Part shown: one piece after another, positions 30,399 to 40,364 of the stretch
Layout of the letters: each line of letters begins with the position of its first letter
Numbering within the stretch: position 1 is the first letter of the stretch
DNA from: an uncultured Nitrososphaerota archaeon
Lineage (GTDB): Archaea; Thermoproteota; Nitrososphaeria; Conexivisphaerales; DTJL01
Assembly: GCA_963842885.1 (NCBI GenBank)
Contig: CAWJIE010000003.1
Span: 480,001-544,000 of the forward strand
Direction of reading: 5' to 3'
DNA length: 64,000 nt
The notes under the pieces: model-generated
What the model was told of the DNA's origin: nothing
Database searches by the model: none
What the model saw: only the letters and a program-made list of their open reading frames with translations
Made by a program: the position numbers and the translations under genes

Positions 30399-30438
30399 GA
30401 TATCACTTCTCCTTTCCAGCAGCAACAGGTATCCAAAA
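30399..30438 (+). repeat. Repeat family D copy 3
   Basis: gatatcacttctcctttccagcagcaacaggtatccaaaa. Confidence 0.7.
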
Positions 30439-30552
30439 ACATCACGAATCTACGACCACCCCATCATCCCGTTCCAACCTTGATATGTCTGAACGATCCT
30501 GTGACTCGTATCAGAAAGACATAACTATTGCGCTGCGAATTCATTACCGAAG

Positions 30553-30714
30553 TTGACCGATTACGCGCTGGAAGAGGAGAAACTGAAGAAGCTCTACGAC
30601 CAAGCGCGCACACAGGGAAACAAGAAGAAGAAGAAGGAATACAAGGAGAAGATAGCCGAACTGAACCGACTCCGCAAGTCCGAGAAGCGAGAAAGCGTCA
30701 GATCGAAGAGCTAG
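30553..30714 (+). CDS. 53-aa basic helical protein
   Basis: TTG start; TDYALEEEKLKKLYDQARTQGNKKKKKEYKEKIAELNRLRKSEKRESVRSKS. Confidence 0.5.
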   Translation: MTDYALEEEKLKKLYDQARTQGNKKKKKEYKEKIAELNRLRKSEKRESVRSKS

Positions 30715-30951
30715 GGTTTCCTAGTGCCTTTCTCCCTTGAGAAACAAGGTGCCGCCAAGTATGCGGCTGATGGCTTAACCCTTCACGTCGAAAGTAGTCG
30801 GGGAGCCATACTTCTTCTCAACCCAGTGCGCAACCGAATCCGCTGAATCGGCATTGACGCCATCAGGATTCTGAAGGCCTAAGGCAGGTCCTGAAACATG
30901 ACCTTGAACCCTTCCACCACCAAGAAGTCGAATCCGAGCAGAACCCCGGCG

Positions 30952-31224
30952 TCAGGGCCGTGAAACGACGCCGTTCGAGCGATTTGATCGTTTCTCTTTG
31001 TGCGTCTTCGCTTCATCCTGTTCGGTTTCTCTGTCCTCTATCTCCTCCGACTCGTGCTCCTCCGATTCCTCTTCGGTCTCCTGCTCCTGCCCTTCGGACT
31101 CCGATTCCTCCACTGGCTTGACATCCTCAGCGGCGTCCACCTGATGCTCCTGCTCTATCGCCTCGGATTCCCCTTCAGCTTCCTTCTTTTCGTCCGAATC
31201 GTCATTCGTCGAGTTCATCGTCAC
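30952..31224 (-). CDS. Highly acidic low-complexity protein
   Basis: Glu-rich 90-aa ORF with cttaag upstream. Confidence 0.5.
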   Translation of the reverse strand: MTMNSTNDDSDEKKEAEGESEAIEQEHQVDAAEDVKPVEESESEGQEQETEEESEEHESEEIEDRETEQDEAKTHKEKRSNRSNGVVSRP

Positions 31225-31254
31225 CTTCTAACACGCCTCCCCTGCTTAAGTACC

Positions 31255-31377
31255 CTATGCACTACACCTATGAGAAGTGCCGTCAGGGTTCTTCACATCC
31301 GTCCCTCCCGTTTCGGGGTTCCTCTCAAAGTAAATCCAGGCCCCGCAGAACCTGCACTGAACCAAACTCCTGCTCAT
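31255..31377 (-). CDS. 40-aa Zn-ribbon protein
   Basis: MSRSLVQCRFCGAWIYFERNPETGGTDVKNPDGTSHRCSA: CxxC...HxC. Confidence 0.6.
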   Translation of the reverse strand: MSRSLVQCRFCGAWIYFERNPETGGTDVKNPDGTSHRCSA

Positions 31378-31513
31378 GATGGCCTTAGGCCTCCTTGGCC
31401 GCCTCCGATCCTTGGGCCCGAGAGCAAGAGGAAATGACCTGCGCTGGAGCAGCTTCCGTCATGTCTGGGATGGACCTCAAGCATGGAATCAAACCTGCAG
31501 AGTCTAATAAGGA

Positions 31514-31577
31514 GGCCTTCTTCAGCGGCTTCCTGACCCGGTCGGAGTTCTCTCCGTTCCCCAGCTCCCTGGCAGCC
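31514..31577 (-). repeat. Module gene A fragment
   Basis: ggccttcttcagcggcttcctgacccggtcggagttctctccgttccccagctccctggcagcc (AARELGNGENSDRVRKPLKKA). Confidence 0.88.
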
Positions 31578-32237
31578 CGACGAGCCATGAGCACAAAGCC
31601 GCGGTGGACAACAGAAGCGCCCAGCTCAATCCGACGAGTCCTGAACATGGAGGACCCAATAGACAATCAAATGGATCTCCGTCCCATTGGAAATGAGCTT
31701 CTGACATGAGTGCGTATAGGTCCGGGTGTATTTCGCTTGTGAGTCCACATTGAGGGACCTATATCCGTTCTCCAAGCCCAGGAGGAGAAAGGCAAAGCTG
31801 ATTAGCACTGAAGCCTTTCTAGGGGGATATGGGGAGATCTCCTGGACCAAAGGAAGCCCATCTTACATCGAAGGATTACCTTGAGTTTCTTGACGGAAAG
31901 CTGGGCTTTCCACGGGGGACTCTCTTCAAGCTGTGTGCCGAGGCTGTAGAGTCGAAAGTTGAGGCTCGGGAGGGGACTACGGTGACATATCGGGGGGTGT
32001 CTGTGAGACAGAAACGCGTAGCCGCCCATAGGTTCGTTCAGGTGCGCAAGGCAGTATTTCTGATTGAATTTAGGATGACCGAGGCAGGAAGACAGTACGA
32101 CCGGGCGGTTCAAGTTCACTTGGAGCTGTAAAGGGTCCTGAGGCACGGATTCTTTTAGATGCTGCATTCATCTAACAAGTTGCTAGACAGTTCGATAGGC
32201 GATGTGAAGAAGCTGCGTCAACTGACTGGGGTCCGAG

Positions 32238-33166
32238 TTATGACGCCGGCTCTTGGATCTTCAGCGTCGTCTTCAGCCCCTTGTATCTGTTCCTGATGGT
32301 GACTTCCGTGACAGCGGCAGCCTCGGCGATGTCCTTCTGTGTCTTGTCCTCACCTTCGATCACGCAAGCCACGTAGAGCGCCGCTGCGGCTAGGCCCATG
32401 GGGTCCTTCCCGGCGCTCGTCCTGGATTCGATGGCCCTCTTCAATATGCCCACGGCACGCCTCTGCGTCCTCTCAGTCAGGCCCGCCTTGCTGGCGATCC
32501 TGGAGACACACTTAACAGGGTCCGTCACGGGCATCCTCAGCTCAAGCTCACGATGGAGGAGCCGATAGCATCTGGCCACGTCCTTCCTCTTCACGCCGCT
32601 GGCAGCCGCCACGTCCTTCAAGGTCCTCGGGGTCTCCGTCGCCCTGCAGGCGGCGTAGACGGATGCTGCGATAAGTGCGCTGATGCTCCTTCCCCTCACG
32701 AGGCCCTTCTCCATAGCCTTCCTGTAGATGTAGGCAGACCTTTCGACGACGACGTCGGAGATGCTCAGCTTGTCGGCCAACCTGTCCAGTTCGCTGAAGG
32801 CCTGGCGCAGGTTCCTGTCCACAGGTTCGTGGACCTGGCTCCTCCCGTCCCAGGTCCTGAGCCTCTCCATGGCCGACCTGACGCTGCCAGCCAGGTTCTT
32901 ACCGGAGGCATCCCTGTTCTCCGAGCCGATGACCGTGGCCAGGCCCATGTCGTGCATGGCAAGCGAAGCGGGGATCCCCACCCTGCTCCTGCTTTCCTTC
33001 TCTTCGGCGGTGAAGGATCGCCACTCCGGACCCGTCTCCTCGATCCGCTCCTTGGTTACGAACCCGCACGAATTGCAGACCATTTCACCCTTAGCGGAGT
33101 CGACGACCATGGCACGCCTCCCGCACCTAGGACAGCGTTCTGCCTGGGGATTGGGGTCGCCTCCAT
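32238..33166 (-). CDS. tfb: Transcription initiation factor IIB with apparent 5' frameshift
   Basis: GPEWRSF, GRSI..IAASVYAACR, GKDPMGLAAAALY, TEVTIRNRYK; CPRC lies upstream of the in-frame ATG 33110, and the SD-preceded ATG 33166 is out of frame. Confidence 0.9.
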
Positions 33167-33393
33167 AAGCCTCCCTCTTAGAAGACGTATCGTAACACCA
33201 AGAAACAAACAGCGTCCTATGACTTTCAATGGGTTATATTTAAACAACTGACGCCGGAGGGAGCCCTCTTGATGGCGCTCCTGACTCCGTTGATTGCCCT
33301 CACGAAGGCCGTAGGAAGGCGGGACGCAGCGATTCTCGACACCTACTTCAGGAGCGTCGGAATCGACCTTGATCGACGCCTACGGCTGATCTC

Positions 33394-33951
33394 CTAGTAC
33401 ACCATCAGCCCTTCGTTTTCAAGAAGCGTATGGAGCTTGCTGACGGCTTCGTAGACCTCCTCCTCCTTCTTGGCGCCCGTACACACCAACTTCCCGCTGG
33501 CGAAGACCAGGATGACCGTCTTCGGCTCGAGCATCCTGTGTATCAGGCCGGGGAACTGCTCGGGCTCGTACAAGCTCCGAGTCAGCTTCAGGGCGGCCTC
33601 CTCCAGCTTGACCCTCCCTCCTAGGCTGACCGACGCGACTATGTTCTGAATCTCCATCTCCGGCTCGTTCTGTATCTTGATTCCCGACTTCCTCAGGTTC
33701 TGCACCACCGTCTGGACCGCCTTGAAAGCCTGTTCTTCGCTCTTCGCACCGGTGCACACCATCTTCCCGGTCCTGAAGATCAGCGTGCAGGTCTTGGGCG
33801 CCTTCAGGCGGAAGGCCAACCCTGGGAACACCTGCGGGTTGTACTCCACGTCGGGAAAGAGCCTAGTAATCTCGCTCAGGTCTATGGGTTGGTTGACCCC
33901 ACCCGAGGCTACCACGTTCTCGATAGAAATGAGCGGGGTGGTCTTCGGCAT
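33394..33951 (-). CDS. tbp: TATA-box binding protein
   Basis: Two repeats NVVAS..FPGL..LIF.TGKMVCTGAK and NIVAS..YEPEQFPGL. Confidence 0.95.
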   Translation of the reverse strand: MPKTTPLISIENVVASGGVNQPIDLSEITRLFPDVEYNPQVFPGLAFRLKAPKTCTLIFRTGKMVCTGAKSEEQAFKAVQTVVQNLRKSGIKIQNEPEMEIQNIVASVSLGGRVKLEEAALKLTRSLYEPEQFPGLIHRMLEPKTVILVFASGKLVCTGAKKEEEVYEAVSKLHTLLENEGLMVY

Positions 33952-34147
33952 GCAAATCGGCAGTTCGTTCGTAGACCCTACATATAAGGACGAGCGTCGA
34001 GGGATTCTGTTGACCGATCTGTCTGCCGAAGCGCTTTTAACCTCGGCGTTGGAGACCGCCATCGACAGGCCTCATCGGGGGGTTTGCCGCGCTTCTGCCT
34101 TGGGGTGCGGAAGTGAAGAGCCCGCCCCAAAGCAGCGACGCCGCCTT

Positions 34148-34197
34148 CATCCATGCTTCTCCATCCATGCTTCTCCATCCATGCTTCTCCATCCATG
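34148..34197 (+). repeat. 14-bp tandem repeat catccatgcttctc x3.5
   Basis: Read directly from sequence. Confidence 0.9.
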
Positions 34198-34427
34198 ATG
34201 TCGATAAAGAATGGAAGCGGGTCGGATCGACCCGCCCAACCTTCACTGTCTTGGCACGAGTTCGTTGATGAAGGGTCCGGAATGTATCCACAGCTAGGGG
34301 ATGTGCCATCTTTTCCTCGGCAGCGTCACCTCCACCGTCCTGGTGACCATCGTGGTGGCGACGTTCCCGCTGCCGGTTCTCTGAGGCCCGGCCTCCCTGA
34401 TGCCGTCGGCTAGCTGGGAACGTATTA

Positions 34428-34465
34428 TGAAGAAAAAAGGTACTGGGGGCGGCGAGGCCGCCTCC
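34428..34465 (-). terminator. Putative terminator after the ESCRT-III gene
   Basis: Minus strand ggaggcggcctcgccgccccc hairpin followed by ccttttttcttc. Confidence 0.55.
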
Positions 34466-34470
34466 ATTAC

Positions 34471-35112
34471 TTACTGTGAACCGCTCTGGCCGGCTTCGCC
34501 GCCCATGCTTGGCAGGTCGGGGAACTTGTCCTTCATGTTCTGCTCGGCGACGGCCGAGGCTTCAGCCAGGATGTGCTCCGCGTCCTCGTTCGCGGCCTCG
34601 AAGTTGAGTGTCAGGCCGCCAAGCTGTCCGGCGTCGACCAGGATGCTGCTGAGCACGTTGTTGATATCGCCTATCTCCTGCTCCGCCTCCGGCATCACGC
34701 CCGTCAGGCCTGACTTCACGCTCTTTATCACGGCCATGGCGGGAGCGAGGGTGACCACTATGTCGCCCAGCTCCGCAGCGGTGCTGAGCCTGAGGATGAT
34801 CTGTTCCAGCGCGATCCTCGCCGACGTGACCAGCTTCGACATCTTCCTGATCTCGGCGAGCTCGTTGGAGTAGATCGAAGCATGCTGCATGTCGTGCTTC
34901 TGGAGGGAGGAGACGACCTTGTTGAAGAGCGCTCCGTCCCTCTCCTTCAGCTTGTTGGTCGTGTTCTCGAGCTTCGATACTTGGACCTGAATGTTGCGGA
35001 CCGCGGCGTCGATGCGCGGCTTCAGGGGCCCCGCAGGGCTAAGCGATCCCCTGACCTTCTCCCCAAGCCCTGGGGTGTTGGAGGGGACCCATTTCTTACT
35101 AAATTCCGACAT
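34471..35112 (-). CDS. ESCRT-III / CdvB-like (Snf7) protein
   Basis: PLKPRI..A...IQ.Q..KL, ASIYSNELAEIRK, LEQI.LRL.T..ELGD, ILAEASAVAE..FPDLP. Confidence 0.88.
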   Translation of the reverse strand: MSEFSKKWVPSNTPGLGEKVRGSLSPAGPLKPRIDAAVRNIQVQVSKLENTTNKLKERDGALFNKVVSSLQKHDMQHASIYSNELAEIRKMSKLVTSARIALEQIILRLSTAAELGDIVVTLAPAMAVIKSVKSGLTGVMPEAEQEIGDINNVLSSILVDAGQLGGLTLNFEAANEDAEHILAEASAVAEQNMKDKFPDLPSMGGEAGQSGSQ

Positions 35113-35420
35113 AATCACTGCGCCTAGATGTTCGTATACCAACTGGCGGCTTATCTTTGGTTGTCACCAGTCGAGCCCTATACCCGGGTGACACCATCGC
35201 TGGTGGCGCATCATTTGGACGACGACGTCTTAGTAGACCACTCAGACGCATGACCGTCGCTGGAGGCTTCTCGATGACAACAATGTCAAGGCGAAGACCA
35301 GGCAGAAACCCCATGAATACGATTCTGAATGAATCGCCGCCTTGCGCATCGTCATGTGGGAAGGTGATGGCTCGCGCTGCTGCGGCCGCGCAACAAAAAC
35401 ACAGCTGTTGAAAGGGAGGG

Positions 35421-35720
35421 TTACTTCTGACGACTGAGCTTCCGGGACACTTCGGCCGACTTGTTCCATTTCATTACTGGGGCCACGTGCGTCCTTCCCA
35501 CAGACATCAGAGGAATCGCGAAGGAGAAGATTTGGGCGGGGTCCTTGGCTTCAACCACGAAGTAGATGTGATGGCCGGGGCCGTCCACGTAGCCCTCGAC
35601 TATCTTGACGTCGTTGGCGGTGGCCGCCTCGTTCAGGTCGTTGGTGAACTCTTTGTAGGGGCGGATCGTTCCGCTTGGACAGTGCTCTGCAGCGTGCGTA
35701 TGGTCGACTATGAATAGCAT
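35421..35720 (-). CDS. Hypothetical protein (DUF3303-like ferredoxin fold)
   Basis: MLFIVDHTH..EHCP...H.IYFVVEA. Confidence 0.6.
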   Translation of the reverse strand: MLFIVDHTHAAEHCPSGTIRPYKEFTNDLNEAATANDVKIVEGYVDGPGHHIYFVVEAKDPAQIFSFAIPLMSVGRTHVAPVMKWNKSAEVSRKLSRQK

Positions 35721-35807
35721 CGCCAGAAGAGGCCTTTCACGGGTCTTATTATCGCTTCGCAACATTCTGGTGGTTTCATGCGTCAATCAAACGCATGCGG
35801 AATGTAC

Positions 35808-35862
35808 AGCCTCGTCCCTGGACAGCTTGTCCGCCCTCTTCTGCTCCGCCTCGTAGAGCGTG
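35808..35862 (-). repeat. Module gene A fragment
   Basis: gcctcgtccctggacagcttgtccgccctcttctgctccgcctcgtagagcgtg, nearly identical to the 52905 copy. Confidence 0.92.
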
Positions 35863-35950
35863 TCGAGGAGTCTCAAGGCGCTAGAAGCCCACAGGGGGGG
35901 GCAGGTGGAACAATGTATTTTACGAAGCGCACAATGAGATAGGATCGAGG

Positions 35951-36166
35951 GTGACTCAAGTGGGCGTAGTCGGCGGACCCAAGGACCTCGCCAGGGGGAG
36001 GACGAAGTTCATCGAAGAGGCGCTAAAGGACCTGAGCCCAGGCTTGAAGGACGACGTGATGCAGGTCTTGAATGCCTGGGAGGGGGACCCATCGGAGGCG
36101 AAGCTCGCGAACCTCGTGGGGAGGGAGAAGGCCAGGCGTCTCGTCCAGTCATTTGGAGTGAAATAG
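35951..36166 (+). CDS. Hypothetical protein
   Basis: 71-aa ORF with AT-rich upstream box. Confidence 0.55.
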   Translation: MTQVGVVGGPKDLARGRTKFIEEALKDLSPGLKDDVMQVLNAWEGDPSEAKLANLVGREKARRLVQSFGVK

Positions 36167-36263
36167 GACGTCATTTCGCTTGCGGCTCGTCATCAGCTTC
36201 TGCCGGATGTGAGGCGAGGGTTGGGACATTGCAAGGGCTGGCCCTGAGCGCGACGCTGGCGCG

Positions 36264-36929
36264 TTGACGCGGTGGCAGGACTTGGAGCTAGAGGATTTCG
36301 TGGGGAAGTACGGGGAGCCCTTTTCGAAGTTGTTGGGCATCGACCTCCAGTCTAGGAAGAAGGAGGAGATGGTCAAATGGTTCCTCGCCTCCATCCTTTA
36401 CAGCAAGCCCATACGCGAAAGCGCAGCCACTCTGACATACAAGACTTTCGAGAGACATGGAGTTGCAGACGTCGAAGGGATCCTGTCTACGGGCTGGGGC
36501 GGTCTGGTGCGAATCCTGGACGAAGGAGGCTACACCAGATATGACTTCAGCACGGCCACCAGGCTGCTCGAAGTGTTCGGCCATCTGAAGAGTGAATACG
36601 CCTCGGACCTCTGGAACTTGTACGACCGCTCCTCCGATGGATCTGAACTTGAGAAGAGGCTGAAAGGACTCGGCAAGGGCATCGGCGATACCACGGTGTC
36701 GATCTTCCTGAGGGACATGAGACACATCTGGCCGAAGGCGTGCCCCAACCCGTCTCCGCTGGTGAGACTGGCGATGGCAGAGCTGGGCATCGATGACCTG
36801 GCAGAGATGGCAGAGCGAAGGGGCATGGACGCCGTGATGTTAGAGACCGCCCTGCTCAGGCTTGGCAAGGATTTCCTCAGAAAGGGTAGGAAGGTCGACG
36901 TGAAAGTGGTCAAGGCACTAAGGGTCTGA
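36264..36929 (+). CDS. HhH-GPD superfamily-like DNA-binding/repair protein
   Basis: KWFLASIL..KPI, LDEGGYTRYD, GKGIGDTTVSIFLRD. Confidence 0.7.
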   Translation: MTRWQDLELEDFVGKYGEPFSKLLGIDLQSRKKEEMVKWFLASILYSKPIRESAATLTYKTFERHGVADVEGILSTGWGGLVRILDEGGYTRYDFSTATRLLEVFGHLKSEYASDLWNLYDRSSDGSELEKRLKGLGKGIGDTTVSIFLRDMRHIWPKACPNPSPLVRLAMAELGIDDLAEMAERRGMDAVMLETALLRLGKDFLRKGRKVDVKVVKALRV

Positions 36930-36985
36930 TATGATTCGAGGCCGTGCGTTATCACCGGACGCCCAGGTTGGTCGCGCACGAGCGA

Positions 36986-37057
36986 CGAGCCTCGAAGGCG
37001 GTTTCCATCCTGAAGCTGCCGGGGAGCGAGCCGGTGATGCCGAATCCTACGTATTGA
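36986..37057 (+). repeat. Module gene B 3'-end fragment
   Basis: RASKAVSILKLPGSEPVMPNPTY* versus RASKAVPILKLLGSEPIVLNPMY*. Confidence 0.9.
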
Positions 37058-37111
37058 CTCCATATCCCGTAGGTTTAACTAAGGCTGTCGGCGTGATGAT
37101 CCTAGGTCAGG

Positions 37112-37696
37112 ATGTCTCGAACGCTCCTCATCGTGCCCAGGATTTATGCGAAGAGCGAATTCAGGGAGGCCGTATCATACGTTCCTGACGATTACGACGC
37201 CCAATCAGAAGAGTTCTGGACCTATGTGGCCGACAAGTTAAGGGCCTTCAGGGGCCGCATCAGATGGGTCTTCCGGGAGTCCCTGTCAGGAGATACCGAG
37301 GAGGCCTTGAAGGAGGCGAGCGGAGATGAGGGGCGGGGCCTCTCTCTCATAACAGGGCTCATCGAAGAGGGGGCGAAGCTGAAGCCGACCGAAGATCGCA
37401 TCCTCGTGGCTGAAACCGAGTCCTGGCTGAAGATGATTAGAGGTTCGTCGAATGATGCGCTGGTGGGGCTCTACGAGCAGAGCCTTGCGGAACGCAACCA
37501 CCACATCTCAGACCTCATAGACCAGTCCCTGGGCGAGGGTGAAGTCGGCCTGCTGCTCATCGACTCAAGGCGCAAGCTGGAACTCCCGAAGGATATCCGC
37601 ATCGTCAGGGTCCTCCCCTTTGATCCGGCGGACTACCTGAACGCGGAGATCGTCAAGGCCAGGCTGAGGTTGGGGAAGACCCAGGGCGGTGGCTGA
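37112..37696 (+). CDS. Hypothetical protein
   Basis: 194 aa, overlaps the next gene. Confidence 0.7.
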   Translation: MSRTLLIVPRIYAKSEFREAVSYVPDDYDAQSEEFWTYVADKLRAFRGRIRWVFRESLSGDTEEALKEASGDEGRGLSLITGLIEEGAKLKPTEDRILVAETESWLKMIRGSSNDALVGLYEQSLAERNHHISDLIDQSLGEGEVGLLLIDSRRKLELPKDIRIVRVLPFDPADYLNAEIVKARLRLGKTQGGG

Positions 37697-38831
37697 TGCA
37701 GTCATGTCTGAAGTCCCAGATTACTCTGCGCTCGTCAGGGAGGTGTTCGATACTTGCCTAGGCGTGAAGCCGAATGACAGAGTCTGGATAGATGGCTGGG
37801 ACCACACCCTCGACCTGGCGAGGGCCTTCGAATCTGAATGTGTGCGGAGAGGATGTCCCCGGCTGGTGACGGTGAGACACGAGGACACTTGGCTAAGGTC
37901 AATACTCGAAGGTCCGACGGAGCGTCTCAAGGCCGTCCCTCCGAAGGTGAAGGCGGCACTGGCGAAGGTCGATTTCTATATCTTCACCATGGGACCCAAG
38001 AAGCCGGTGCCGTGGGACTCGATCCCTAGGAAGAAGAGGGAAGCGGTCTCGGTCTGGCTGGACACGCGCTACGACAAGACATCGTACGCAAGGAATTGGG
38101 CGAAGATAGCCAAGGCTCACCGAGTCAAGATGCTCGCGGTGGAGGCGACGTTGGCGACGCCAGAGAGGGCGAAGAGCCAAGGGTTGAACTACGAAGAATG
38201 GCGTGATGTAATGCTACGGGCATGCATGGTGGACCACAAGGAGCTTGCTAGAAGGGGCAAGGCGCTGGCCAAGGTCCTGTCGGGGAAGGGAAAAGTCCGC
38301 CTAGTGACGCCTTCAGGCACACACCTGAGTTTGGCTCTCGACCGTAGGCCGGTCGAGATATCAGACGGTATCGCCACGGAGGAGATGGCCGAGGAGGGAA
38401 GGGTCACGTTTCTTCCCGCAGGGGCGATAGAGGTCTCGGTGGACGAAGGAAGCGCTCATGGCAGGATAGTCTACGATGCGCCCGTCCGTCTGGGTGATGA
38501 GATGATCGAGAACCTTGTTGTCGATCTGAAGGATGGGCGGATCTGCGAGTTCGAAGCAACTCGAGGGGCCAAGGCATTCGAAGAATACGTGGAGAAAGGG
38601 GGAAGGGACGCCGGGCGCTTCGCCTTCTTTGGATTCGGGCTGAACCCGAGCCTCCGGCATGGCTTCACACAAGATGACAAGGTCCTGGGCGGAGTGACGC
38701 TTGGCTTCGGCAGCAACGAATCGATGGGTGGGAAGAACGTCGCAGTCGACCAATGGTGGGCGTCCATCGCCAACGCGACTGTCAGGGTAGATGACACGAT
38801 GATAATGGACAGAGGAAAGCTGCTAGTCTGA
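37689..38831 (+). CDS. Aminopeptidase (M29-like), possibly inactive
   Basis: GT.L, FLPAGAI, FGFGLNP, DDKVLG; usual metal ligands appear substituted. Confidence 0.75.
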   Translation: MADAVMSEVPDYSALVREVFDTCLGVKPNDRVWIDGWDHTLDLARAFESECVRRGCPRLVTVRHEDTWLRSILEGPTERLKAVPPKVKAALAKVDFYIFTMGPKKPVPWDSIPRKKREAVSVWLDTRYDKTSYARNWAKIAKAHRVKMLAVEATLATPERAKSQGLNYEEWRDVMLRACMVDHKELARRGKALAKVLSGKGKVRLVTPSGTHLSLALDRRPVEISDGIATEEMAEEGRVTFLPAGAIEVSVDEGSAHGRIVYDAPVRLGDEMIENLVVDLKDGRICEFEATRGAKAFEEYVEKGGRDAGRFAFFGFGLNPSLRHGFTQDDKVLGGVTLGFGSNESMGGKNVAVDQWWASIANATVRVDDTMIMDRGKLLV

Positions 38832-39032
38832 GGGAACGAAAGCGGTGCTCTACCTTTGATTGCTGGCATACGGGCCTGCCTTCTTGTGAAGGCGTAGAAG
38901 GCAGAAGGTTGTGGCCCATTTTAAAGGCAGAACGGTGTCGGTGAAGACAGAGAAGGTATCTGCTCCTTTGAATGATGATTCGCTCGAAAGCTCAGACATA
39001 AATATCATTCTACAGTAGGCGCAAGTGCGTCC

Positions 39033-39548
39033 ATGGGCAGTCAGTCCAGCATCGAAATCAGGCAGGCGTCATTGAAGGACCTTCGACCCATCATGCGTCT
39101 TGCGAACAGATGCATCCTAGACCTGGCTGGAACCAAGCGTAGGAGGATCTTCCAGGTGATTTCGGACAGGATCAAACTTGACCTTACACTGTATCCCAGA
39201 ACTTGCCTGGTCGCCTCTAACGGCAGGGGGTTGGTGGGTTTCTCGCTGACAGAGGCCACTGGCTCATACGCTTCCATATTCCTGCTCGCCGTCAACCCAC
39301 AGTACAGAAGGAGAGGTGTGGGGTCGGCGCTGGTCTCTGACACGCTCAATCGACTAGCGGATGAGGGAGTCGAGTACGTCGAACTCATGACCTCCCTGGA
39401 GAACGAATCCGCTCAATCCTTCTGGATGAGGCAGGGCTTCACAGACGCTAAGATGAAGGTCTTCTCAAGGGTCTCAAGGCGACGCAATGCTCGGCGGCAG
39501 ACTCAAGCCTTCAAGCTAGAGGAAGACGCAAGAGCCAAGGGAAGATAA
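39033..39548 (+). CDS. GNAT N-acetyltransferase
   Basis: AVNPQYRRRGVGSAL, N..A..FW...GF. Confidence 0.88.
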   Translation: MGSQSSIEIRQASLKDLRPIMRLANRCILDLAGTKRRRIFQVISDRIKLDLTLYPRTCLVASNGRGLVGFSLTEATGSYASIFLLAVNPQYRRRGVGSALVSDTLNRLADEGVEYVELMTSLENESAQSFWMRQGFTDAKMKVFSRVSRRRNARRQTQAFKLEEDARAKGR

Positions 39549-39716
39549 CGTAACTCTGGGTGCTAGCTGCTGGGCCTCTGTCCTAGAGGTCGAAAACCAT
39601 TCAGCCCTCGGTCTTGCGTGCGCTCATCCGGAAGAGGATTCCATCTAGAACTGCTAGACTCCGTTTCATTGATGCTTGAGCGTGGTCTTTTCCGTAGGGC
39701 GCATGTCGACGTTAGG

Positions 39717-39752
39717 GCATTTGGCTGCCAGACTTCGCCGGTGTCCCTGTCC
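39717..39752 (-). repeat. Module gene A 3'-end fragment
   Basis: gcatttggctgccagacttcgccggtgtccctgtcc versus gcacttggctgctagacttcgaccgtgtccctatcc at 42492. Confidence 0.8.
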
Positions 39753-39758
39753 CCGCCG

Positions 39759-40364
39759 TCAGCTGGGCTTCGCCTTCCTCCATGCCATCCCCTTGCCTAG
39801 CGGGATGGTTCCTGGGCCAATGACGGAGTTGGTCACTATCGCGAAGCTGGTGTACGCCGCCAAGGAGGCGGTGATGATGCCGAGGTACCCCCCTATGGTC
39901 GTCAGGGAGGGGATGCCGTAGAGGTCGCCCGCCCCGAGGACGAAGAAGGTAATCCAGAGGAAGAGGAAGACGAGGCTCAGGGCGCGGTTTATAGTCGTGG
40001 ACGGTATCCACATATAGAGTGTGAATATCCCCCAGAGGATGAGGGTTGCACCCACTGCGCTTGAGATGGGCGTTATCACCTTCATGCTGGCGAGGAGCAC
40101 CAACAGCGCGTAGAAGAGCCAGAAGGCGCCATAGCTGCAGAAGGCCGTGAACCCGAAAGTGTTTCCCTTCCTCATTTCGAATACCCCAGTCAGCAGCTGG
40201 CATAGCCCTCCGTAGGCCAGCGCCAGCGGCAGCAAGACGTCCACCGTCGCGGCTGGAAGGAGCCCGGCGTTGGCGAAGCTGAGCAGGAAGGTGGTGAAAG
40301 CGAAGGCGGCTAACCCCAGAGAGGCGGGGTCGGCCGCGAGGGCCTTATCGGTGGCGACGCTCAT
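39759..40364 (-). CDS. satP: Acetate uptake transporter (GPR1/FUN34/YaaH)
   Basis: [34 protein letters not shown]. Confidence 0.92.
   Translation of the reverse strand: MSVATDKALAADPASLGLAAFAFTTFLLSFANAGLLPAATVDVLLPLALAYGGLCQLLTGVFEMRKGNTFGFTAFCSYGAFWLFYALLVLLASMKVITPISSAVGATLILWGIFTLYMWIPSTTINRALSLVFLFLWITFFVLGAGDLYGIPSLTTIGGYLGIITASLAAYTSFAIVTNSVIGPGTIPLGKGMAWRKAKPS

Noticed and set aside
32182-32237. Possible degenerate A/B relics (also 6140, 31390, 39580, 39651)
   Set aside because: Matches of only 10-15 nt with mismatches; not distinguishable from chance by eye, so not counted.
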